DNA of 64,000 nucleotides from a virus (Duplodnaviria; Caudoviricetes): IMG/VR virus record IMGVR_UViG_3300028601_000022, positions 32,001 to 96,000 of that record; one strand, 5' to 3'. Shown piece by piece: positions 55,965 to 64,000 of this stretch (position 1 is its first letter; each line of letters starts with the position of its first letter). The notes under the pieces were generated by a model. It saw only the letters and a program-made list of their open reading frames with translations, ran no database searches and was not told where the DNA came from. The position numbers and the translations under genes were made by a program.

Positions 55965-57095
55965 CTAGATGCGCAGAGCAGGTACTCGGTGAAGAGGAAC
56001 GCCGGCAATTTGCATACCGTCCATGTATGGATATCTCCAGGAAGTGGAAGGCCAAGAGAGCCCAAGGTGGCCAACAGGGCGCATATTCTTGAGGATTTGA
56101 TTCTTTACAGCAACAAGCTGGTTATCCAAGCCGTCCTTGATTCTGCCCAATTCGCTTTCAATGAACTGGCTTCTGTCTGAGGACAGAGATACCGGTTGGC
56201 CCGAAAAGTCGAATGAGCTATCCCCTTCAGCAAGATACTGCGCCCTGAGGGCAGCCCACTTTGCAGCCTCAAGGAGCCAATACTGGCACCCTTTAAGCTG
56301 ATACATTGTTTGGTAGCTTTGGAGCGTCCAGTCAGTAGGAATCTTCAGGCCATTTATGTATTCCGCCCCCTGTTGGAGATAGAAGTACAGTTCTGAATCC
56401 CGGTAGCCTTGGTATATGTCAACAGCCTTGGCTACTTTATCCAGGTACATGCGCAAATCAGAGATTTTCTGCATATCCCACAGGGACGCGCAACGGATAA
56501 CCTGGGTAAATACACAGGTATTACCGCTATCCTTCATAACCCATACGGCCATGTAGTCCGAACCTGACACAAACGTACCCTCAGGTATTGTGGTACTGTA
56601 AATGTAATAGTCCGAATACAGGCCTTTCTGCTCCGGCACCGCAGAAAATACCTTGGTACCTGTGGAGTTAAACACCTGAAGCTCTACATCCATAACCCGT
56701 CGGGGCAGGGGTATTGAAAGCTCAATAGAGGTTAGGGCCAGAACCAGCTTTTGCTGTTCCCTTGCCTGTGTAAGGTCATAGGTTGGATGCACAACATCGA
56801 AGGTTTCCCGAAAAGCATGCTCCTTGCCGTTAGTAGCCAGGAAATCCCACGATATAGAGTAGTGGCCTACATCCGTGGAGAGCATTGCGGTTTCAGGTAT
56901 GGTGAATGTGGCATCATAGCCCATTGTTCGGTCGTTGAAAGAGCCAACTCCAGCAACCACCAAGTCGCCCATAGGGTCAAGGACCTGGTAGCTGGGATAC
57001 AGGGTTGGGTTGCTGGTTTCAAGCGGTGCATTGAACTTGTCGAGGAAGAAGGCAGATGCCGTAACTTCCTGTCCCAAATACACTGTTCTTTCCAT
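55965..57095 (-). CDS. Putative neck/head-tail adaptor structural protein
   Basis: Ig-like N-terminus; LRMYLDK...Y.DSEL...ALRAQYLAE...FDFSGQ.VSL..DR pattern. Confidence 0.6.
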   Translation of the reverse strand: MERTVYLGQEVTASAFFLDKFNAPLETSNPTLYPSYQVLDPMGDLVVAGVGSFNDRTMGYDATFTIPETAMLSTDVGHYSISWDFLATNGKEHAFRETFDVVHPTYDLTQAREQQKLVLALTSIELSIPLPRRVMDVELQVFNSTGTKVFSAVPEQKGLYSDYYIYSTTIPEGTFVSGSDYMAVWVMKDSGNTCVFTQVIRCASLWDMQKISDLRMYLDKVAKAVDIYQGYRDSELYFYLQQGAEYINGLKIPTDWTLQSYQTMYQLKGCQYWLLEAAKWAALRAQYLAEGDSSFDFSGQPVSLSSDRSQFIESELGRIKDGLDNQLVAVKNQILKNMRPVGHLGLSWPSTSWRYPYMDGMQIAGVPLHRVPALRI

Positions 57096-57106
57096 ATAAA
57101 TACCGC

Positions 57107-57580
57107 CTAGCTAGCGTACTGCGAGTGGTTGTAAGACCAAGGGCCCCAAACTGTGCCGTTGAAGCAGCGGCTAAGCACTTGTGCTACGCCACCTATGTCG
57201 GTGTTGTGCATGCGGGCACTCTGCAACACCTGCAGGGAGTCGTCGAGCATTACCGTAGACACATCCAGCCACCAGTAGGCAGTAACGTCCTGCGGAGGGT
57301 TAACGGATACCCCCTGAATAGACTGCATCAGGAACTTGCCATCCATCTTCATTTCGTCCCAGTTCTCCTCTTCGTGAAGAACCGTGTGGGGAACGATGCA
57401 AGTATCAATAACCTGCCAGTGATTGGGAGAAAGGCCGGGTTCCCTAGGCCCGCCAAGCTGTGGGCCACTTGCAGCAATCCAGACGTATATCTTGTCCTTA
57501 TGCCGTTTGATTGTGGGAATGTAGTAGTTATTCCCTGAGTTCCAATCCAGGGCAACCTGATTGAAGATACCGGGCAACAT
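57107..57580 (-). CDS. Small protein with CBM-like N-terminus and pyocin-knob-like C-terminus
   Basis: C-terminal ~85 aa align with the C-terminus of the 3902-7945 fibre. Confidence 0.7.
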   Translation of the reverse strand: MLPGIFNQVALDWNSGNNYYIPTIKRHKDKIYVWIAASGPQLGGPREPGLSPNHWQVIDTCIVPHTVLHEEENWDEMKMDGKFLMQSIQGVSVNPPQDVTAYWWLDVSTVMLDDSLQVLQSARMHNTDIGGVAQVLSRCFNGTVWGPWSYNHSQYAS

Positions 57581-58024
57581 AAAGCCTCCTTAGTCGTGTT
57601 AGTAGTGTTCTTAATGGTCATTCAATGGTCATTCAATATGTCCTGTGTAATGCAGTGGACACCTAGTCCGATAGACAAATCTCTGCCTTACCGTATGCGC
57701 GTATCCAGATACTTAATCGTTGTATGCTTTATGCTTCTTACATAGTCTACCTGGTAACTACCTCGAAATACGTTTAAGCGAAGAAAAGAGCGAAAGAAGA
57801 GAGTTAGCTTTCGTAGCGTTATGAGTGAAACGAACTTGCGATAGCAATGTAAGTGATAACGGAGCGTGCGAACGAGCAAAGCATAGTATCACTTACTTAT
57901 TGCGTAAGCAGAGAGCTTCCGAGACGAACGGGAGAACATTCAAAAATCCAGAGAAAAAAGACCAGGAAACAAGGTGTAGATACATGGCGGATATTGCTGT
58001 GTTCTGCACCTTTTCCTCTACCTA

Positions 58025-58069
58025 AGGAATCTGTGTGGTAAATCCTCTATGTTAGGATTCTGTGTGGTA
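58025..58069. promoter_or_regulatory. Pair of 16-bp direct repeats (AGGA[A/T]TCTGTGTGGTA), candidate operator
   Basis: 58025-58040 and 58054-58069, one mismatch, upstream of a small basic protein gene. Confidence 0.5.
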
Positions 58070-58141
58070 CTAGACGTTCAATGCTATGCGAGAGAATACA
58101 TATTGTGTACCTGAATCCTTATGATGTACGGAGTAACCTAT

Positions 58142-58480
58142 ATGTCTGCTAAAGAACGCAGTATGTCTGCTAAAGAACGCAATGTTCCTAAGACAAGCAA
58201 AGAAGCCTGGGTAGCGGTTAAGCGGGCTGAGGAAGACCTTAGAAAGAAGACAAAGAAGGCTTTGAATCTGGAGAAGAAGGAAACGAAGGGTGGTAGGGCC
58301 TGGATAAACATAAGTGTTAGTACCGAACTGAAAGAAGCCCTTATTATGCTAAAGCAGCACTATAGTGCCAAGGCGGAGAAGAAAGGGAAGAAGTTCCTAT
58401 ATGATGACCTATTCCGTTGCTTAGTGAAGCAGAATCCTAAGACTAGGCGGGTTCTGGAAGAGCTAGGAATAGACCTTTAA
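58142..58480 (+). CDS. Small basic putative DNA-binding protein (ribbon-helix-helix-like)
   Basis: GGAG RBS; WINISVSTELKEAL...YDDLFRCLV; 21-bp duplication encoding MSAKER twice. Confidence 0.6.
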   Translation: MSAKERSMSAKERNVPKTSKEAWVAVKRAEEDLRKKTKKALNLEKKETKGGRAWINISVSTELKEALIMLKQHYSAKAEKKGKKFLYDDLFRCLVKQNPKTRRVLEELGIDL

Positions 58481-58492
58481 AAGGAGAAGCTT

Positions 58493-58588
58493 ATGCTGAA
58501 TGGTATTTCTGTTAGCCCTGCGGATATGTACCCGGTAAACCTGGGCATTGAAATGGGTGAAAATACCTACACCGTAGACTTAAAATAA
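58493..58588 (+). CDS. 31-aa hypothetical peptide
   Basis: AAGGAG RBS; MLNGISVSPADMYPVNLGIEMGENTYTVDLK. Confidence 0.45.
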   Translation: MLNGISVSPADMYPVNLGIEMGENTYTVDLK

Positions 58589-58600
58589 GGGAGAACTAAC

Positions 58601-59133
58601 ATGGCCGGTTTTTGTACACACCGATTAACTCGCCTCTTTTGCACGTTCTGCGCAAGGCTATCCGCAGGGAAGATGTATCTCCTATTGTACCTGACTGGTG
58701 CAAGGAGGGAGTTGAATGGGATAGCCACTGCACCATGTACTACGGTCTTACCAATCCTAATGGTACCGACGTAACGAAGGAATCTCTTCCTGAGATTGTG
58801 GACTTCCTGCAGTGCTTTATTGCAGACAATGAAGAACTGGTGTTCGTGCCTAATAAGTGCGAAGTGTTTGAAAACCCCAACTGGGACTGCCTTGTGGTGA
58901 CAGCCGTAGCCGGTGGGCTGAATGCACTTCACGCCGCCTTCCAGAAACGCTTCAACTACAAGGGCAGCGAATATGAGTACAACCCTCATGTTACTCTTGG
59001 CTATGTTAAAAAGGGTTTAGGCAAGGGCTACGCCAACAAGTTCAACACCGGCTATGCAGGCCACAAGGCTATGCCAGTGAATAGCATTGTGATTGAATTT
59101 GAAGACGGTTTCAAGCACGAAATATATGTGTAA
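58601..59133 (+). CDS. 2H phosphoesterase, Acb1/T4 57B-like (anti-CBASS candidate); RBS-supported start is out of frame at a T5 tract
   Basis: HCTMYYGL and YNPHVTLGY HxT motifs; ATG 58601 is one base out of frame with TTG 58612. Confidence 0.75.
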
Positions 59134-59181
59134 GTGACCTCGACCTCGAGGATGATTAACCATTTAATAAGGAAAATTACC

Positions 59182-59766
59182 GTGGCAAAGAAAGCCAAAG
59201 AAGCAGAAGACCTTCCTGGGCGTATAATCGCAGTTGACCCTGGTGTGGACAACCTGGGCTGGTGCATATTGACCTGCGAGGGGAAGTTAACTGACTGGGG
59301 CCTTGTTACAAAGACCCTGGATGACGTTAAAACTACTGCGGACATTGCCTCATTCCATGAAAACATGAAGCCGCTCGTGCAGATTCTTTCCGCCTCCCCT
59401 AACCAGGAGTTCATCATGGAACGATATATGCCTCGCGGTATGCGGCGTGGGAATCAGGTGGAACGTATCAATATCGTTATTGGCTATATAATGGCGGCTG
59501 TTCCTTACCTGTCTTTAACCATGGTGCCCGCAAGTAGCTGGAAGAACCACAGCGAAAAGCACTATACCTATGTGGACAACCCAACTGTTCCGCCCCACAT
59601 CGTTGACGCCTACACGATGGGTCTGTATTATGCCGAGCGTGTGCGAGGCTTCATTACACCCAAGGAAGTGAAGCGGCATCTGCGTTCCGTGCGTGAAAAC
59701 GAATGGGGTTGGAAAAAGAAGAAGAACGTCTGGACTCGCATTGACCCGAAGAAACGAGGTGCATAA
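59182..59766 (+). CDS. RuvC-like Holliday junction resolvase
   Basis: IIAVDPG..NLGW, FIMERY, PASSWK, HIVDA; AAGGA RBS before GTG 59182. Confidence 0.8.
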   Translation: MAKKAKEAEDLPGRIIAVDPGVDNLGWCILTCEGKLTDWGLVTKTLDDVKTTADIASFHENMKPLVQILSASPNQEFIMERYMPRGMRRGNQVERINIVIGYIMAAVPYLSLTMVPASSWKNHSEKHYTYVDNPTVPPHIVDAYTMGLYYAERVRGFITPKEVKRHLRSVRENEWGWKKKKNVWTRIDPKKRGA

Positions 59767-61325
59767 TGGGAAAGGGAGAAGCGAACATCATCATAAGCGA
59801 CCGATTGTATGTGCCGCTGAAGGCCTGGAAGCGCGTCCCTGGCGATACGCGGAAAAGCATAGTGAAGTGGTTCAAGAAGGTGTACGTTTCTCCTAGCACC
59901 TATTGTGACCTCATACAGAATAATAGGCACTGTACCAACTGGGAGAATATGCAAGATGAAGAGGGCAACCAGGCTGCCGATGAAATGTGCAAGTCCTGCC
60001 CTATGGCAAAGCGGAAGTTTGTTTGCGCTTTCCGCAATGAGGAATACGCTTCTTTCTATCGGGGTGACCTTGATAAGGTGAAGAAGGTCATTGCTCTTGT
60101 AAAGAAACACAACAAGGGCATTGAATTGCAGGATGACCGAGTGCTTGCTCCCTTGAAAACGCGGTTCTCTGTAACCGAGTCCGGCGACTCCCGCAGCGAA
60201 AGCCAGAACAAACTAGCCCGTTCTTACATAAAGAAGGGCTACGGTATCCTGGTTGCAGCGGCCCGCTTTGGCAAAACGCGCATGGCTGGTGTTGTTGCGG
60301 CGGAACTAGGGCAGCGCACTTTCGTTCTTGCTCACCAGAAGGAACTCCTTGAGCAGTTTCTTTCCAACTGGTTGAAGTTCACCAACATAACACCTGACCA
60401 AATCAAAATCAATCCTACCGAAGAAGAAGCGAAGAAAATCGCTGTTAGCCTCTTTACATACCAGCACTTCCTGCAAAAGCATGGCAGAAAAAGGCTCAAG
60501 GCCCTACGCAAAGTCCCTGGCCTTGTCATTGTTGATGAAGCCCACCGATGCGGTGCAAAGGGATTCAATCGAACTGTCAATGCCTTTCATGCCATGTATC
60601 GCCTGGGCATCACTGCAACGCCTAACCGCAAGGACAAAGCGTCCTTCCTCATATACAACACCTTCGGCCCTGTCACAGCAGAGGGCGGTGTCGAAATGCT
60701 TAGTTGCGACTACAAAGTGGTCAAGACTGGTGTTATCTTCCCTGACTACGATAAGGTTGCGCATCGCCGGCGATTCCAGTACCTGCAAGCAGCAATGCAG
60801 AAGGATGAGGAGCGCAACGGCATCATTGCAAAACGGGCAGTGCGCAACGTGGATAAGGGCCACCAAGTCCTCATTCCCCTCAAGGGTGTTGCTCATGTAA
60901 AAGAGGTAGCCAAGCTGATTCGTGCCCGCATGAAGAAGGAAGGTTACAGGAATGCCCGCGTCTGTGAGTTCTCCGCTGCCTTTGTAAAGGGCAAGGCTCG
61001 TGAGGAAACCGCGCAGAAGATACGCGACGGCTACTACGATGTGGTTGTTGCCGTGGAGTCCATGATTAACGTAGGCTTTGACGCGCCACACATGAGCAAT
61101 CTTGTCCTTAACGCAGGGACATACTCCTTCAACAACGAAAACCGCTACCAGCTGTTCTCGCGTATCCGCACCAAGTGCGAAGGGAAGAAGAAACCGCTTA
61201 TAGACATTCTTTCGGATGACTGCAAGTGGTCGGACTTCTCCCTTAAGGCCACGTTGAAGCAGATGGAAGAATACAAGTTTACTGAGGTTAAGGCGAAGAA
61301 GAAAAAGAAGGCAAAGGCAACATGA
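59766..61325 (+). CDS. Superfamily 2 DNA helicase (UvsW/Rad25-like)
   Basis: ARFGKT, IVDEAH, GITATPNRKD, VGFDAP, QLFSRIR. Confidence 0.88.
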   Translation: MGKGEANIIISDRLYVPLKAWKRVPGDTRKSIVKWFKKVYVSPSTYCDLIQNNRHCTNWENMQDEEGNQAADEMCKSCPMAKRKFVCAFRNEEYASFYRGDLDKVKKVIALVKKHNKGIELQDDRVLAPLKTRFSVTESGDSRSESQNKLARSYIKKGYGILVAAARFGKTRMAGVVAAELGQRTFVLAHQKELLEQFLSNWLKFTNITPDQIKINPTEEEAKKIAVSLFTYQHFLQKHGRKRLKALRKVPGLVIVDEAHRCGAKGFNRTVNAFHAMYRLGITATPNRKDKASFLIYNTFGPVTAEGGVEMLSCDYKVVKTGVIFPDYDKVAHRRRFQYLQAAMQKDEERNGIIAKRAVRNVDKGHQVLIPLKGVAHVKEVAKLIRARMKKEGYRNARVCEFSAAFVKGKAREETAQKIRDGYYDVVVAVESMINVGFDAPHMSNLVLNAGTYSFNNENRYQLFSRIRTKCEGKKKPLIDILSDDCKWSDFSLKATLKQMEEYKFTEVKAKKKKKAKAT

Positions 61326-61522
61326 GTGACCTGGAATACATAATTCACACAATGCAGGCAATGTCAGAGAGTGAGGATGCAACAGAGCGCCTTTTAGCGG
61401 AGCGCATCACCAACTTGGCAAGGTCAGCAGAAAAGGCGAGGCATCGTGCTCAATTTGCTGGAACCCGAATGCTTAGAATGGCGAGAAAGTACCGGGCAGC
61501 ACTGAAACTCATACATAGTTAG
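61322..61522 (+). CDS. Hypothetical protein
   Basis: ATGA overlap with the helicase stop. Confidence 0.55.
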   Translation: MSDLEYIIHTMQAMSESEDATERLLAERITNLARSAEKARHRAQFAGTRMLRMARKYRAALKLIHS

Positions 61523-61538
61523 CCTAAGGGGAGGTAGT

Positions 61539-61643
61539 ATGGAAATTTCTTTGAGGGATTACTTTGCAGCACCCTGCCCTGAGCAGGAGTTGCTTCTTAG
61601 TGGTATATCAAGCAGTGAGGACTGGCATGTGGGCCGTGTTTAA
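61539..61643 (+). CDS. 34-aa peptide with SLRDYFAA motif
   Basis: GGGGAGG RBS; LRDYFAA is a recurrent small phage protein motif. Confidence 0.5.
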   Translation: MEISLRDYFAAPCPEQELLLSGISSSEDWHVGRV

Positions 61644-61809
61644 AGTGCGGGATGATGAAGGAAACAAGGTTGCCGTTCACATTGCTCCTTGTGACTCTGG
61701 TGGATGGCTTTCTCCATTACATGGACTTATTCCCAATTGCAGGTGCCGCCCGGAAGAAGAGTTGAATGAGGGGTGCGTCCCTATCTATATCCATCACCAT
61801 CTACATTAG
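61627..61809 (+). CDS. Small His/Cys-rich protein
   Basis: GAGG RBS before MWAVFKV; H..P.D...H....C.C.P...YIHH pattern. Confidence 0.55.
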   Translation: MWAVFKVRDDEGNKVAVHIAPCDSGGWLSPLHGLIPNCRCRPEEELNEGCVPIYIHHHLH

Positions 61810-61824
61810 GAAAGAGAGGACAAC

Positions 61825-62178
61825 ATGGATGAAGTAGTCTACATATCTGGTCCTATGGCAGGCCTTCCTGAGATGAATTACCCTGCATTCAACCGTGCTG
61901 CGCGGCATCTCCGCAACATGGGTTACCAGGTTGAAAATCCGGCTGATAACCCTGAGCCTGAATGCAAGTCCTGGGAAGGGTACATGCGCTTGGCTATCAT
62001 TCAGCTTATGCGCTGTCACATTCTTGTTCGCCTGCCAGGCTGGGAAAACTCCCGCGGCGCCTCCGTTGAAAACGACCTTGCGCAACGCTTAGGGTTCAAG
62101 ATATTTGACCTCCATGTTTTCCTCGGTTTGCAAATACACAAAAACCTGCCCGTTGTGGGCGAGGCAAGCAATGCGTAA
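61825..62178 (+). CDS. DUF4406 / nucleoside 2-deoxyribosyltransferase-like protein
   Basis: VYISGPMAGLPEMNYPAF...NPA...WEGYMR...LPGWENSRGASVE. Confidence 0.9.
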   Translation: MDEVVYISGPMAGLPEMNYPAFNRAARHLRNMGYQVENPADNPEPECKSWEGYMRLAIIQLMRCHILVRLPGWENSRGASVENDLAQRLGFKIFDLHVFLGLQIHKNLPVVGEASNA

Positions 62179-62245
62179 ATTCGCGTTCCTTATTGTTGTG
62201 GTTGCCCTGCTGGCTTATGCGAGTTTGCGTCCCATAAAAGAATAA
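62171..62245 (+). CDS. 24-aa hydrophobic peptide
   Basis: GAGG RBS; MRKFAFLIVVVALLAYASLRPIKE. Confidence 0.4.
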   Translation: MRKFAFLIVVVALLAYASLRPIKE

Positions 62246-62262
62246 CTTCCCAGGGAGGGAGT

Positions 62263-63057
62263 ATGCTTACAGAAAAATATACAGGCGGGGGCAAGGTAGT
62301 CCTCATTGCTGGCGGAGGCAAGATATTCACTGACATTGCTGCACGTTTTGTGCAGAGCGAGCGCAACCTGGAAGAAATTGTCTCCTCTCCTTACAGCCGC
62401 CAGATTGTCCAGAATATCCTTGATTCCGGACACCGCGCTGCTTTGGAGTTTGACTTCTTCCTGTTCGGGGTGGAAGGCTATTCTCGCGTTACCGAAGTTC
62501 AATTGGTGCGCAAACGCCTTGCCTCCTACCTCATAAAGTCGGGCAGGGCTGAACTCGGCGGCAAGCGCAGCTACAGCGTGGTCTATCCCCGTGAAGCTGC
62601 CGAGTTTACAGCCAATGTAACGCTGCCGGACGGGCACATGGCTGCACTTAGCGGCCGTGACCTCGCCGATGTATCCAGGCAATGGTACGAAGCTGGCTTG
62701 GAAGCCGGGCTCCCTGAACAGGACCTTCGTTACCTCAAGCCTCAGGCTACCGAGTTCAAAGCCATCATTGGCATGAATGCACATGCCTTGCTTGATTGGT
62801 TTGGCATTCGCTGCTGCCTTAATGCGCAGCATGAAATTCGCCATATGGCTACTTCCATGCTTTCTCTCGCAAAAGAAGCTGCCCCGGACTTGTTTGCAAA
62901 TGCAGGCGCCCAGTGCCTTCAGCTGGGGTACTGCCCTGAAAACGACAGGCAGAACCCTGCTTGCCGCGGTAAGGTATACACGCAGAAACAAGCCATCCAG
63001 ATTCTCAAGGAAGCACGGGCTTACAGAAAACCTGAGATTCTTGAGGAATCCCACTAG
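62263..63057 (+). CDS. thyX: Flavin-dependent thymidylate synthase
   Basis: SGHRAALEF, SRVTEVQLVRKRLASYLIKSGR (RxR-X7-S), EQDLRY.KPQ, MNA..L..W...RCC..AQHEIR. Confidence 0.85.
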   Translation: MLTEKYTGGGKVVLIAGGGKIFTDIAARFVQSERNLEEIVSSPYSRQIVQNILDSGHRAALEFDFFLFGVEGYSRVTEVQLVRKRLASYLIKSGRAELGGKRSYSVVYPREAAEFTANVTLPDGHMAALSGRDLADVSRQWYEAGLEAGLPEQDLRYLKPQATEFKAIIGMNAHALLDWFGIRCCLNAQHEIRHMATSMLSLAKEAAPDLFANAGAQCLQLGYCPENDRQNPACRGKVYTQKQAIQILKEARAYRKPEILEESH

Positions 63058-63061
63058 CCAG

Positions 63062-63096
63062 AAAGCCCGCTTCTAATAACACAGGGGCGGGCTTTT
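63062..63096 (+). terminator. Intrinsic terminator after thyX
   Basis: AAAGCCCGC...GCGGGCTTTT. Confidence 0.7.
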
Positions 63097-63160
63097 ACCC
63101 TACCACCCACGATTAAAATATATAGATACGAATACGGAATAACATAAGGCAGGACGCGGC

Positions 63161-63577
63161 ATGAGCAACTATACCCTTGAGGATGTCTGCCTTACCTGGA
63201 ATGAATATCCGAATTTCATGTTTACGGACGTTCTGGTAGGGCCTGAAAAATCTTTCGTTTTTAAGTTTTCCAACTGCCATAATACCCAGCACAGGCCTAT
63301 TTTTGAGAGTAAATTTTGGGATATATACTCTGTCGTCAGCAGGGGAATATCTAAGCCTGCTGGTCTTATAATGGTGGCAAAGGGTGAGACCGTTGTTTGT
63401 ACAGAAAAAGCGGTTTCGTCCTGCAGGTCAGATAACTCTAAGGACTATATTGAGTCCCTTGAAAAAACAAAACCCTGGTCTTTCAATGGCCTTGACCTTA
63501 TCCGTTATGAGGAGGCCGGGGAAGTTATCACTGACTTGTGCACCATAATGGGTGTAGACGTAACAGTTGAACTATAA
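63161..63577 (+). CDS. Hypothetical protein
   Basis: AGGA RBS; 138 aa. Confidence 0.6.
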   Translation: MSNYTLEDVCLTWNEYPNFMFTDVLVGPEKSFVFKFSNCHNTQHRPIFESKFWDIYSVVSRGISKPAGLIMVAKGETVVCTEKAVSSCRSDNSKDYIESLEKTKPWSFNGLDLIRYEEAGEVITDLCTIMGVDVTVEL

Positions 63578-63593
63578 CTACAAGGAGCCAGTT

Positions 63594-63794
63594 ATGGCCA
63601 ATCAGTATGGTATTCCTGAAGGCTTTGGTATACCCAGGGCTCGCATCAGCGTTTTTGAAAAGCCTAAGCCGAACCCGGCCGAAGTAAACATGGAACGCTG
63701 CAGGGTATGCGGTCGCTTTGTAAATGACCATGAAAAGCACTGTCCCCGCGGCCTTGCTTCTCCTCCAGAGAACGACACCTCCGAAAAGGAGTAG
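63594..63794 (+). CDS. Small Zn-finger-like protein
   Basis: AAGGAG RBS; CRVC...H.C. Confidence 0.55.
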   Translation: MANQYGIPEGFGIPRARISVFEKPKPNPAEVNMERCRVCGRFVNDHEKHCPRGLASPPENDTSEKE

Positions 63795-63800
63795 CACGTC

Positions 63801-64000
63801 ATGGCTGTAAAGCGTCTTGCTTTTTGCAAGTTACTGAAGGCGCAGTATGTGCCCTACTATGCGTATCCTCGGTTTCGCCCGTCAGAGGCCGTGGACTTTT
63901 ACCAGTTTGGCAAGATTGAAAGACTGCGCAAGCTGTCCGGAATTATTCCCCGCGAGGAGATGGCCGTAATACGGCCCTCGTTACAGGTAAAAACTTGGGA
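63801..64000 (+). CDS. Hypothetical protein, truncated by the window end
   Basis: AAGGAG upstream; MAVKRLAFCK... open to the edge. Confidence 0.55.
   Translation, partial: MAVKRLAFCKLLKAQYVPYYAYPRFRPSEAVDFYQFGKIERLRKLSGIIPREEMAVIRPSLQVKTW

Noticed and set aside
1-64000. Stop-codon reassignment (code 15 or 4)
   Set aside because: Conserved genes are full length under code 11, and TAG, TGA and TAA all end genes right before the next RBS or start

Overview
This 64 kb window looks like part of a large (probably jumbo) contractile-tailed dsDNA phage of a Gram-negative host (it has i-/o-spanins) that is probably anaerobic. All calls come from motif recognition by eye; no database was searched. 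Most of 1-57.6 kb is a minus-strand virion/late region: head and neck proteins, portal, large terminase, tail tube, PAAR, gp25- and gp6-like baseplate, tail fibres, a histone H1-like protein, a lysis cassette and a DnaN-like clamp. Two plus-strand islands interrupt it: two giant fibre genes, tandem adhesin-like paralogues, an HNH nuclease and a topoisomerase IB at 3.9-17.2 kb, and a fused nuclease-methyltransferase at 27.4-29.3 kb. After a divergent non-coding gap (57.6-58.1 kb) a plus-strand DNA-metabolism block begins (Acb1-like 2H phosphoesterase, RuvC-like resolvase, SF2 helicase, DUF4406, ThyX). The most striking element is a RiPP-like protein-modification operon at 47.4-55.9 kb. A 221-aa protein ending in C-S2-C-S8-C-S7-C-S7-C-S-YIAWYNLVA is followed by four paralogous radical SAM enzymes, a TobZ/NodU-type O-carbamoyltransferase and, slightly downstream, an APS kinase. 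Other notable signals: a three-copy intergenic hairpin whose core is flipped relative to its flanks in one copy, a T5 tract that puts the Acb1-like gene out of frame with its RBS-supported ATG, and a recurring [VIL]-T/V-[AG]-[ASK] motif in putative head proteins.
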